Positions 35,964 to 44,496 of a stretch of 44,496 nt of DNA are shown here, piece after piece; the first letter of the stretch is position 1, and each line of letters opens with the position of its first letter. A model generated the notes under the pieces. That model worked only from the letters and a program-made list of their open reading frames with translations. It searched no databases and was not told the DNA's origin. Where the stretch lies: contig MEQL01000020.1 in NCBI GenBank assembly GCA_001770205.1, forward strand, positions 1 through 44,496. Reading direction: 5' to 3'. A program made the position numbers and the translations under genes. The stretch is from Bdellovibrionales bacterium RIFOXYD12_FULL_39_22. GTDB taxonomy: Bacteria; Bdellovibrionota; Bacteriovoracia; Bacteriovoracales; Bacteriovoracaceae.

Positions 35964-38174
35964 TTGGAGGTCCTAATTATTAAACGACTATCTATCACCA
36001 TTACGGGCGTTGTACAAGGAGTAGGTTTTCGCCCTCACGTTTATCGGCTAGCAAAAAAATATAACTTGTCCGGACAAGTTAATAACAACAACATAGGGGT
36101 ACAAATTGAGGTGGAGGGTTCAATTGATAATATTCAAAATTTTATTTCTGACTTGCGCAATTGCCCACCGAAACAATCAAGAATCGACTCCTTTGCTAAC
36201 TTTGAAATTCCTCTAAAAAATGAAATGGAATTTTCCATAATCATCAGCAGCGGAGATGGCCCTAAGGAGGTAGAGATTTCGCCAGATTTAGCAACCTGCG
36301 CTGAATGCCTTACCGATATTTTAGATCCAACTAATCGCCGATATGCCTATCCTTTCACAAACTGCACCAATTGTGGGCCACGCTATTCAATTATTCAAGG
36401 CCGCCCTTACGATAGAAAACTTACCTCTATGAAGGCCTTCGCCATGTGTGATGCTTGCGATGCAGAATACAAAAATCCTCTAGATAGACGCTTTCATGCC
36501 CAACCAAATTGTTGTCCCAACTGCGGGCCCTCCTTACATACCTTGGGTATCAACGATGGCCCTTCTCCGCTGGAAGCAATTGTAACAAAGATCCAGCAAA
36601 ACTCACTAATAGCAATCAAAGGAATCGGTGGATTTAACATTGCCTGTGATGCCACCTCCCAAGCGGCCGTGAAAAAATTACGCCTGGCCAAGCGCCGACC
36701 GAATCGCGCCTTCGCAATGATGGCCAAAAATATGGCGGCAATAAAAGAGATTTGCCAGGTAAGTACAAATGAGGAAAATGCACTGCAATCAGAAGTTGCT
36801 CCCATTGTCCTATTGAAAAAGAAAACAGGCCATTTCAATCACATAAGTCCAGACAACAACTATCTTGGCATCATGCTCCCTTATACTCCATTACATCACC
36901 TACTAATGAAACACTTTGATTTTTTAGTAATGACCTCCGCCAATAAGGCCGATGAGCCAATTGCTATTTCTGATGAAGAAATTTTGAAGTTGATTGATGA
37001 CAAAATCATTGAAGCTGCTCTCTCTCACAACCGCCCAATCCTACATCGCTGCGATGATTCTATTTGGCAATTCCCCAACGGAAAAAGACAAGTTATTCGA
37101 TTTTCTCGTGGTATGGTTCCCTCCTCTTTCCCTTGCACCTGCAGCGTTAATACTAAGGCACTGGGTGCTAATTTAAAAAATAGCTTTGCTCTAACCAAAA
37201 ACGGCCGCATCTATCTTTCTCAACATATTGGAGATCTGATAGATTATCGCAATTACCAATTTCAACAAAAAGAGATCGACAACCTAGAGAATCTTCTGGA
37301 TATTCATCCGGAACATACCATCTGTGACGCGCATCCAGGATATGAAAATTTCAATGCCAATTACCACCAAGTGTTTCATCATCATGCCCATATGTTAAGC
37401 GTAGTTGGTGAACATAATCTTAAATGTACTAATATTTTAGGTATAATTGCTGATGGCACGGGCCTTGGCAGTGATGGCAAAATCTGGGGATTTGAATTTT
37501 TATTGATCGGCCATGTCAGACAAAAATTTAAGCGAATAGCTCATCTTGAATATTTTGATTTAATCGGTGGAGATAAGGCCACTTCCGAAATTGATCGACT
37601 GGCAGTTGCACTTACGGCCCAACATCACTACTCTCTGAACAATATCTCTGCTGATAGAGTTTCTCTTTTAAAGAATTTAGCAAAAAATAAAGTCAATACT
37701 CACCAAACATCCTCACTTGGCCGACTCTTTGATGGCGTTGCGGCCATTCTTGGCCTTACCCAATATGCCGAATACGAAGGACAGGCGGCCATTTTACTAC
37801 AACAATTGGCCGAAAATTATACAAAAGATTACGACAATAATCTCCCCACAGCGCGGTACACTCCGACAATCGAAAATATGATAATCAAGCATCACATCCT
37901 AATTGCTGAAATTTTACAAGATCTAGAAAGTGAAGTTGCTAAGAATGAAATAGCTATAAAATTTCACCTCTGGGTCGTTGATACAATTGTAGAGATCATT
38001 AATAGTACAAATCACCAGGCCGTTGTCTTTTCTGGCGGATGTTTTCAAAATAGGCTTCTTTGTGAACTACTCCAAAATAAAATTGAGACAATGAAAATTA
38101 ATTACTATTTTAATGAAAAAATTCCTATTAATGATGGTGGAATATCGTATGGGCAGGCATTCTTTAGCGAATAA
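35964..38174 (+). CDS. hypF: Carbamoyltransferase HypF ([NiFe]-hydrogenase maturation)
   Basis: GVVQGVGFRP acylphosphatase domain, CxxC zinc fingers, RRFHAQP, KGIGGF, HHHAH, DGTGLG and NDGGISYGQ. Confidence 0.95.
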   Translation: MEVLIIKRLSITITGVVQGVGFRPHVYRLAKKYNLSGQVNNNNIGVQIEVEGSIDNIQNFISDLRNCPPKQSRIDSFANFEIPLKNEMEFSIIISSGDGPKEVEISPDLATCAECLTDILDPTNRRYAYPFTNCTNCGPRYSIIQGRPYDRKLTSMKAFAMCDACDAEYKNPLDRRFHAQPNCCPNCGPSLHTLGINDGPSPLEAIVTKIQQNSLIAIKGIGGFNIACDATSQAAVKKLRLAKRRPNRAFAMMAKNMAAIKEICQVSTNEENALQSEVAPIVLLKKKTGHFNHISPDNNYLGIMLPYTPLHHLLMKHFDFLVMTSANKADEPIAISDEEILKLIDDKIIEAALSHNRPILHRCDDSIWQFPNGKRQVIRFSRGMVPSSFPCTCSVNTKALGANLKNSFALTKNGRIYLSQHIGDLIDYRNYQFQQKEIDNLENLLDIHPEHTICDAHPGYENFNANYHQVFHHHAHMLSVVGEHNLKCTNILGIIADGTGLGSDGKIWGFEFLLIGHVRQKFKRIAHLEYFDLIGGDKATSEIDRLAVALTAQHHYSLNNISADRVSLLKNLAKNKVNTHQTSSLGRLFDGVAAILGLTQYAEYEGQAAILLQQLAENYTKDYDNNLPTARYTPTIENMIIKHHILIAEILQDLESEVAKNEIAIKFHLWVVDTIVEIINSTNHQAVVFSGGCFQNRLLCELLQNKIETMKINYYFNEKIPINDGGISYGQAFFSE

Positions 38175-38249
38175 AACGAAAAAGGAACCATTATTAGGGG
38201 GTCACTGTGGTTTTTATTTTACTCTGTTTTGAAAAATTCTAGAAAAAAT

Positions 38250-38325
38250 TGGTGCCCACTCGCGGAATCGAACCACGGACACAGGGATTTTCAGTCCCTT
38301 GCTCTACCGACTGAGCTAAGTGGGC
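38250..38325 (-). tRNA. tRNA-Phe (GAA)
   Basis: GCCCACTTAGCTCAGTCGGTAGAGCAAGGGACTGAAAATCCCTGTGTCCGTGGTTCGATTCCGCGAGTGGGCACCA; folds as a cloverleaf, with CCA encoded. Confidence 0.97.
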
Positions 38326-38408
38326 ATTAACTATCAAATCTCTATTTAATTAACAGGGATAAAAATAATGCTTTGTTTTAAAAGAGTCAAATTAAATGTA
38401 TATTTTTT

Positions 38409-39440
38409 TTATAGCAAATCCAGGCCATCACCAGCACGGCCAATCCAATTCCTGAGATTTTTAAGCATACCTGTTCTGCCAATACGCTCAAAAGGTGTTT
38501 GGCCATATTTCCGTCGATACTCACGACTACCAAGAGTAGTAATAACATCCATAATATGTTGAGTATCCGAAGATAAAAATATCTCTATTGGGGTACTAGG
38601 GGACAATTTCAACTCTTGTGAAGGAACTTGTCTATTCCAAGGACAGGCCAGTTGACAACTGTCACAGCCAAAAAAATAATCACCCGGGAATTGCCCCAAC
38701 GAATGAGGAATATTTTTAAAAACCTCCGTCGTGTAGCAACTAACACATCTTCTAGCATCAACCTCTCCATTCGAAGTAATTGCTTGCGTTGGACAACGCT
38801 TTAAACATTCCGAGCAATCACCGCATCGTGATTGTTGTACATCTCTTTTGGGTAAATTCAGCTTCGCAGAAAGAAGAATTGTTCCAATTAAAAAATAACT
38901 CCCTAGTTCTGGGTTAATAAGCATTGAATTTTTACCAAACCAACCGAGGCCAGCACGATAGGCCAAGTCACGCTCCAAAACAGGCGCACTATCAACCACA
39001 ATCTTATAATCGATACTTGTGTCCGTAAAAATTTTGTATTTTGCAGCAAACTCGGAATGCGAAATCCAATTCTGCAAATTATCTCTAATAGCAAGATGAT
39101 AGTCTCGCTCTCCGGAAAAAAAAACAAAATCTGCAATAGGAATACGTTTTTGGGACAAAAGCTGATGTTTATAAGGAAACAAAAAAACCAGGGCAGATTC
39201 GCAACGCCCCCAATAATTTTTTAAATCTTCCCGCCGGCCATCATCTTGGGCCAACATATATTTTAAAGGCCCATTGCATCCATCTGTCAGCCATTTTTTA
39301 TAACGTCGTTTACTATCTAATGAAATGGAAGTTGTCTCAACATAAGCAAAATCAAAAATGCCAAAATTTAAACTTAAATTAAAATCGGAATTAGAATCGG
39401 AATCGGAATTAATAGGTTGATCTAAATTGCTACTATGCAC
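38409..39440 (-). CDS. queG: Epoxyqueuosine reductase QueG
   Basis: DYH, VDSAPVLERDLAYRAGLGWFGKN, CGDCSECLKRCP and FGCDSCQLACPWN. Confidence 0.9.
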   Translation of the reverse strand: MHSSNLDQPINSDSDSNSDFNLSLNFGIFDFAYVETTSISLDSKRRYKKWLTDGCNGPLKYMLAQDDGRREDLKNYWGRCESALVFLFPYKHQLLSQKRIPIADFVFFSGERDYHLAIRDNLQNWISHSEFAAKYKIFTDTSIDYKIVVDSAPVLERDLAYRAGLGWFGKNSMLINPELGSYFLIGTILLSAKLNLPKRDVQQSRCGDCSECLKRCPTQAITSNGEVDARRCVSCYTTEVFKNIPHSLGQFPGDYFFGCDSCQLACPWNRQVPSQELKLSPSTPIEIFLSSDTQHIMDVITTLGSREYRRKYGQTPFERIGRTGMLKNLRNWIGRAGDGLDLL

Positions 39441-41364
39441 GTCTTGAATTTAAATCTTTTTCTTGATCCATTGTCAAACGCATCTTTTCTAATTTTACTT
39501 CATACTGTTGTTTCATTGATTCAATCATATGCTCATAGCTCTTAGACATCCGATCATATTCGTGACGACTTGTGCGAATAAGCTGCTCTAGTTCCTTTTT
39601 ATATTCATTTTCAGTAAAAGAAAGTTTGTCTTCATACTCATTTACAATTTGCGCTTGCTGTTTCTCGCTAACATTCTTTGCCCGGGCCATTTCCAGATCA
39701 AAAGCATCTTTCATCGCGGCCTCTTTTTGGGCATTCTCTTGCACTTTATCCAGTAAGGCGCGCTTTGTCTCTCGTAAATCCTCTACCCTTCGATCACCTT
39801 CCATTGCGCTACGCGCCTCTAATTCTTTGTAGGTTTTTTCTGCTAAACTATCTAGCTTGCCTTGATACTGCTCCTCCAATTTTTTATTATCTTTTAACAG
39901 TTGCTCAACTTTCTGTTCATATCCAGCGATCCGTGCTCCATACACTTTCTTTAACTCATCTTTTAAATTTTCTCGATCATTGTACATTTCCATCTGCATA
40001 TTTTTATAGAAACTTGTCTTTTCTGACAACAGTCCCTCTTGCATATCTTTTAGTGCTGCTTCATGCCGATCATTCAACTCTTTAATGGTAGTAGTAAAAT
40101 CCAATTTTTGATTATCAATCATCCTTTTAAACACGGCCCTGTCAGCGAAAAGCTGCCTCTCATGATCGGCCTGAATATTATTGGTATTTTTTTTATATTT
40201 TTGATCAATCTCTTCTTTTTCCTTGGCAGATTTTTTTAATACATGATCCATATCGCGAAAATTATCCATTTTTTGTGAGGCAATTTTCTGAGCACTATTT
40301 TCAGACCATGCACGCTTAGCATCCTGCATCTCGGTAGAATTTTGATTACGTTCCACCTGATGTTGATAGCGAGCGTTTTCCATCTCTCCTTTAAACTTAT
40401 TCAACCTTGTTTCATAGGCATCTTTTACTCGATCCGTACGATCTTCGGCGGCCTTAAGAGAGACTTTTTTAGCATTATCCAAGCTCTCATTTAGCTTTCT
40501 CATGGACCCCATTTCTCGATTAAACTTATCGTCTGATTCGCGCATTCTATCTGCATGTTCCAAATTCTGTTGGGCCATTGTCTTGGCACTTCGCTCTTGC
40601 GCCTCTTTCCCTTTATCAATAAATTCACTAACTGTATTTTGATTTTCGTTCATATGATCTTTGCGAATTGTTTTAACAACATCGCTTTGTCTATTGGCCA
40701 ATCCCTTGGTGGCAATATCATAATTTTGCCGTAAATTATTAATCTGATCATCTTTTTTATTTTTATAATCACTAAGTTGATTTGCCGAATTATTTAACAC
40801 ATCGGAAATTCTTCCCTCGTACAATTTCGTTAGATCTCGGTCTCGTTCTCGAACATCATCTCTAACCTTTTGAATGGATTTATTAGCAAAATTTTCTACT
40901 TCTTTAAATTCTTGATCAGACTGTTGCATGCGCTTTGCCAAAATCTCTTCTTTCTGTGTCTCATTACGATTCAAAGATTTTTGATATTCGCGCTCTTTGG
41001 TTCGATAATTTTTTTCGTAGGAATCTTTTACTGTAGTTAATTCATCGCTTAATTTTTTGCGCGTATCTAAATTTTGCCGATTAAATTCCTCTTTTTCATT
41101 GTTGAGTGAATTAACATAATCTCTTTTTCTGACCTCTATTGCTTCGGCCGTCTCTCTCCCATATTCTTGTGAAAGGTCTGCAATATTTTCTTGTAAATTT
41201 TCCCGTTGATCGTAATAGGTTTGCGCCTGTTTCTTTTCTACCGACTCATGCAAATCATCTAAATCGGCCAACTCCTGCTGATGAACCTTGCGCAAATCAT
41301 TCGTTTTTTGACGAAAATCATCACGTGCTGAAGAAAGCTGTTTATTATAATCACCTATTTCCAT
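39433..41364 (-). CDS. Long coiled-coil hypothetical protein
   Basis: 643 aa, E/K/Q/R/D-rich, no proline seen and no signal peptide. Overlaps the queG start by 8 nt. Confidence 0.85.
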   Translation of the reverse strand: MEIGDYNKQLSSARDDFRQKTNDLRKVHQQELADLDDLHESVEKKQAQTYYDQRENLQENIADLSQEYGRETAEAIEVRKRDYVNSLNNEKEEFNRQNLDTRKKLSDELTTVKDSYEKNYRTKEREYQKSLNRNETQKEEILAKRMQQSDQEFKEVENFANKSIQKVRDDVRERDRDLTKLYEGRISDVLNNSANQLSDYKNKKDDQINNLRQNYDIATKGLANRQSDVVKTIRKDHMNENQNTVSEFIDKGKEAQERSAKTMAQQNLEHADRMRESDDKFNREMGSMRKLNESLDNAKKVSLKAAEDRTDRVKDAYETRLNKFKGEMENARYQHQVERNQNSTEMQDAKRAWSENSAQKIASQKMDNFRDMDHVLKKSAKEKEEIDQKYKKNTNNIQADHERQLFADRAVFKRMIDNQKLDFTTTIKELNDRHEAALKDMQEGLLSEKTSFYKNMQMEMYNDRENLKDELKKVYGARIAGYEQKVEQLLKDNKKLEEQYQGKLDSLAEKTYKELEARSAMEGDRRVEDLRETKRALLDKVQENAQKEAAMKDAFDLEMARAKNVSEKQQAQIVNEYEDKLSFTENEYKKELEQLIRTSRHEYDRMSKSYEHMIESMKQQYEVKLEKMRLTMDQEKDLNSRRA

Positions 41365-41409
41365 AATCCATCCTAGATTAGAGGTAAACTATACTCTCTA
41401 CATTATACC

Positions 41410-41457
41410 AAAAAAACAAAAAGAAATGCCCCTCGGAATTTTATTCCACGGGGGCAT
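41410..41457 (-). terminator. Intrinsic terminator after the DsbA-like gene
   Basis: Minus-strand stem ATGCCCC...GGAAT/ATTCC...GGGGCAT followed by TTCTTTTTGTTTTTT. Confidence 0.7.
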
Positions 41458-41500
41458 GATGTTGACTGTTATGCTCGTTTTCTTTTTTATCCCAACTTAA

Positions 41501-42556
41501 TTACTTGGCCAATTCTTCATCAATAATTTCTATGAATTGGGCAGTTGGCAGCGCACCACTGACTAATTTACCGTTAATAAAAAAAGTCGGTGTAGATTTG
41601 ACCCCTGCCTTCTCTCCATCATCTAAAGACTGCTCAATACTTTTTAGTTGACGATCAGAGGACAAACACTCTTCCAATTTTGGGAAATTAACACCAGCAA
41701 TTTTGGATAATTTTCTTAGATTTTGCTCACTCAAATCGTTTTGATTTTCAAAAAAAGAATAATAAAGCTTCCAAAAAAGATCACCAGACTGCTCATTGGC
41801 GCAAAGGACGTATTCCGAAGCAAGCTTGGCATCCGAATGAAAAGGCAGAGGAAATGTTTTAAAAACCACTCGCAATTTATTTTTATACTTCTTTTTCAAT
41901 TCATTTATAGTAAGTGCTGCCTTTGAACAATGAGGGCACTGAAAATCAGAAAATTCCACCAAAGTAACTTTTGCATTTCCCGGCCCATAGAAAACGCCAT
42001 TTTCAATATTTACTGCAAAGACAGGACGCTCTGGCCTATCAAAGTAAATCTCCAAAGATTTACCCTTTGTCTTGTCCCCCATCCATTCTTCAACGGCCTT
42101 CAACTTAATATCCTCTGCCAAAAATGCCTTAATTCTTTCCCTCAGCTGAGGAGTATCTTGCTCTCGCGGTATATTCTTCTCCTTAACAAATTTATCTATA
42201 TCCTCATTAGTTGGCATTTTCCCTTTGCTGATAACTTTCTCTAAAAACTCATCATTACTCAAATTACCTTTGGACGGATCCTCCATCATTAATTTCTCCA
42301 AAAGCATGGCACGTAATTTATTTTTCTTAATTTCATAAACACGCATCTGGGCATCGTAAATATCACTCTCAATTCCCTTTACTAACTCCTCCTCCGTAAC
42401 TTCTTTATCTCCTAACTTGGCCACAATTCCTTGGCTAGGAGCTGGTTTAAAAATAAAGTTTGGAGCGGAAGTCGCATTCTTGGGCGTACATGAAACAACC
42501 ACAACCGAAATTAAAGAAAGTATGATCAACGACAATGAGAGCATAATTTTTTTCAT
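41501..42556 (-). CDS. DsbA-family thioredoxin-fold lipoprotein
   Basis: Lipobox-like VVVSC, EFSDFQCPHC, FPLPFH and STPTFFING. Confidence 0.9.
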   Translation of the reverse strand: MKKIMLSLSLIILSLISVVVVSCTPKNATSAPNFIFKPAPSQGIVAKLGDKEVTEEELVKGIESDIYDAQMRVYEIKKNKLRAMLLEKLMMEDPSKGNLSNDEFLEKVISKGKMPTNEDIDKFVKEKNIPREQDTPQLRERIKAFLAEDIKLKAVEEWMGDKTKGKSLEIYFDRPERPVFAVNIENGVFYGPGNAKVTLVEFSDFQCPHCSKAALTINELKKKYKNKLRVVFKTFPLPFHSDAKLASEYVLCANEQSGDLFWKLYYSFFENQNDLSEQNLRKLSKIAGVNFPKLEECLSSDRQLKSIEQSLDDGEKAGVKSTPTFFINGKLVSGALPTAQFIEIIDEELAK

Positions 42557-42681
42557 AATAAATCCCTTGAAAAAGTAGAATCTTGATTTTCTATTTTACT
42601 GCATTTTTCTTCAATTCGACAAATTTTTTAACTAGACAATTTAGTATTGATCGTTAATAAATATTATATACAATTTTTTGT

Positions 42682-42756
42682 GCGGGCGTAGTTCAGTGGG
42701 AGAACGCTTCGTTGACATCGAAGAGGCCGCTGGTTCAATCCCAGCCGTCCGTACCA
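42682..42756 (+). tRNA. tRNA-Val (GAC)
   Basis: GCGGGCGTAGTTCAGTGGGAGAACGCTTCGTTGACATCGAAGAGGCCGCTGGTTCAATCCCAGCCGTCCGTACCA; anticodon stem CTTCG/CGAAG, with CCA encoded. Confidence 0.95.
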
Positions 42757-44450
42757 GGCCATACGATAGACGAACCACCGGACAGACCAATGACGGCCGG
42801 TTCGACAAACGGAAATAGAAAGCCACCGGGAGAAGACCCCGGTGGCTTTTTTGTTTTAGGCTCAAATCCCAGCTCTTTTGAATTCTCGGCCAATGAATAG
42901 TGAACCTGTAGACCACGCACCGTTAGCCAAAGTTGACTAAAAATCTGACGAAGCAGCCCTTTTTTCAAGACCGGCGTAGCCTTTTTCCATCCTCGCTTAA
43001 ACTCCAAAACCCTTTCCTCAATTACCTTTCTTGCTACTTTGGTGTCCACGAAAGTGTGACCATTCTGACTCAATTCTTCCAAATTCCGTTCCAATTCCAT
43101 CTTTTTTGTTGCCAGTGTTTGCAATCTCTCTTTCACCAAATTGCCCCCAGCACATCCGTCTTCGAAGCTAGCTGAGAGTTTGAAGACTGAATCAATCTCT
43201 GAAGCAATTTTTGAAATTGCTTTTTCCAATTGTTCAATTTTTGTCTTAAAAAACAATCTACTGGTACCAACGGATTTTTTTATATTATCTTCAACATTAT
43301 CCATGTAACCAGCACCCAATATAACTTGATCCAAATGTTTTACAATCGCCTCCTCAATTTCATCAGCAGAAAAGCGTTTTATTGGACATTCAATTTTTTC
43401 ACCCGCCGTGAACTTGTGCCCGTAGTAGCGATGAACTTGGTTTCTCCCGTGCGCTGATTGACCAAACAAAGCACGATTACAATGACCACAACGTAGAAAT
43501 CCTGAAACGAAAAAAATTCTTTTTTCTGCATTATCAAATCTTCGCCACTCCAACTTCCGTGCTTGTTCAATTAACTTTTGTACCTGATCAAAAATCTCCT
43601 TATCAACAATAGCTGGCCAAGATGCTTTTACAATTTGATATTGCTGCCACGCCTTCAAAGTACCTGGGTCTTCGTCCTTATTGCCTTTATTTACTTCTCT
43701 CATCCCAGCATATGCATAATTTTGGAGCAAACACTGCACAGATGGCACTGTCCAACGACCATCAGCAACATGACGAGTGTTTGGTCTACCGTTAGCCTTT
43801 CGTATCATTTTTTCATCAGTCAATCGCTTTGCCGTTTTGGATAAACTTCCTTCCTCCAAGTACAAAGAAAAAATATATCTAATCAATTTTGCCTCATCTT
43901 CGTTGATAATAAGACGGCCAGGATTAGAAGGGTCCCTATCAAGTCCAAGGATTGGATTCCCACCGTTTGCCAACCCTCTTAATGATCTTGAGTGGAAATT
44001 CATCGAGACCCTTTCTGACGTTTGCTTACGCTCAAATTGTGCCAAATTTATCATATTAAAGATCATCATTTCACCGGCCGGAGTACTGGTATCGAACTGT
44101 TCTTTGACCGAAAGAAATTTTGCTTTGTACTTCTCTAGCTCTTTTAAAAGGATACAAAAGTCAGAGATACTGCGCGAAAGCCTCGAAAGATCGGTAATTA
44201 ATATTAAGCTAATTTTGCCATTGCGAAGATCTTTCAACATCCGCTGATATGCGGGGCGATTGGTGTTCTTTGCAGAATAGCCGTCATCAATATAAGTTTC
44301 GACAACCTTTCCCCAATTTTTCTCTTGTAGATTTTTTACCTCGACAAAGGAGCGCAATCGATGTTGCTGACTTTCAAGCGATCCTTCTGCAATCTGTGCC
44401 TGCTCCTCAGTACTTACTCTGTTGTTATGTGAAATTTCACATAACGGACG
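42735..44450 (-). CDS. Large serine recombinase (resolvase, recombinase, Zn-ribbon, coiled coil); 5' end disrupted, possibly a pseudogene
   Basis: RVSTEEQ (Ser codon 44414-44412), YIDDGYSAKNTNRP, DLSRLSRS, AQFERKQTSER and LRCGHC. The frame is open back to a TAA at 44453-44451, with no ATG/GTG/TTG before the Ser. The stop codon lies inside tRNA-Val. Confidence 0.88.
   Translation of the reverse strand, partial: RPLCEISHNNRVSTEEQAQIAEGSLESQQHRLRSFVEVKNLQEKNWGKVVETYIDDGYSAKNTNRPAYQRMLKDLRNGKISLILITDLSRLSRSISDFCILLKELEKYKAKFLSVKEQFDTSTPAGEMMIFNMINLAQFERKQTSERVSMNFHSRSLRGLANGGNPILGLDRDPSNPGRLIINEDEAKLIRYIFSLYLEEGSLSKTAKRLTDEKMIRKANGRPNTRHVADGRWTVPSVQCLLQNYAYAGMREVNKGNKDEDPGTLKAWQQYQIVKASWPAIVDKEIFDQVQKLIEQARKLEWRRFDNAEKRIFFVSGFLRCGHCNRALFGQSAHGRNQVHRYYGHKFTAGEKIECPIKRFSADEIEEAIVKHLDQVILGAGYMDNVEDNIKKSVGTSRLFFKTKIEQLEKAISKIASEIDSVFKLSASFEDGCAGGNLVKERLQTLATKKMELERNLEELSQNGHTFVDTKVARKVIEERVLEFKRGWKKATPVLKKGLLRQIFSQLWLTVRGLQVHYSLAENSKELGFEPKTKKPPGSSPGGFLFPFVEPAVIGLSGGSSIVWPGTDGWD
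42819..42857 (+). terminator. Intrinsic terminator for tRNA-Val, embedded in the recombinase frame
   Basis: AAAGCCACCGGG-AGAAGAC-CCCGGTGGCTTT-TTTGTTTT. Confidence 0.85.
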
Positions 44451-44478
44451 TTATGCTGAGTAACATATTATGTTAAGA
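44424..44478. repeat. Nested palindromes including a dif-like 11-6-11 site
   Basis: Perfect palindrome GTTATGTGAAATTTCACATAAC (44424-44445). Minus strand 44461-44434 reads ACTCAGCATAA-CGTCCG-TTATGTGAAAT. A further TTATGTTAAGA lies at 44468-44478. Confidence 0.6.
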
Positions 44479-44496
44479 ATATTACATTTTGCTCTG

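Larger units (their letters stand above)
42757..44496. mobile_element. Left end of a putative integrative element or remnant at tRNA-Val
   Basis: The recombinase points into the tRNA 3' end, and GGCC density is lower than in host genes. The second att site is not in the window. Confidence 0.6.

Noticed and set aside
35964..38325. hypF as an island integrated at the tRNA-Phe 3' end
   Set aside because: No duplicated tRNA 3' fragment or integrase was seen, and hypF has host-like GGCC density.
39370..39412. Short AATCGG repeats at the queG 5' end
   Set aside because: Two or three imperfect copies encoding a low-complexity SDSDSNSD stretch; not a convincing contingency locus.
42641..42916. ORFs 42641..42916 (-) and 42712..42900 (+)
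   Set aside because: Shadow translations of tRNA-Val and its terminator; VRTAGIEPA is typical antisense-tRNA text.
44439..44457. CATAAC...GTTATG as an integron attC
   Set aside because: Only 4 nt separate the boxes, far too short, and no integron integrase or cassette array is present.
1..44496. CRISPR arrays, rRNA, IS transposases, prophage structural genes, known defence systems and the many short antisense ORFs in the track
   Set aside because: No regularly spaced repeats or recognisable motifs were found by eye. The short ORFs lie opposite or inside well-supported genes.

Overview
Bacterial chromosomal DNA, AT-rich (roughly 38-40% GC by eye). The gene families point to Bdellovibrionota, probably Bacteriovoracia-like: a TIGR02147-type regulator, DUF4360 proteins, large secreted hypotheticals and the rpsO-pnp-dut arrangement. 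This placement is an inference. Most of the window is core or metabolic: psuG, a ynbC-like lipid cluster, typA, arcA, argF/arcB, pckG, rplY, a Na/Pi cotransporter, dut, pnp, rpsO, an RpoH-like sigma factor, hypF, tRNA-Phe, queG, a DsbA-like protein and tRNA-Val. The most unusual items are: (1) an Lgt-family enzyme fused through an internal lipoprotein signal and lipobox to a His-Gly/Cys caspase/CHAT-like (clan CD) domain; (2) a large serine recombinase whose frame runs through a terminator into the 3' end of tRNA-Val, and whose 5' end is cut off just before the catalytic RVST motif by a palindromic dif-like sequence; (3) an unknown, possibly GNAT-like gene between OTC and arginine deiminase, with no carbamate kinase in the window; (4) a GT2/GT-C fusion divergent from a second GT-C-like gene; (5) a CheA-like receptor with a degenerate N-box; (6) strong GGCC over-representation that drops at both window ends. 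No CRISPR array, rRNA or IS transposase was seen. All family calls come from recognising motifs by eye, with no database searches.
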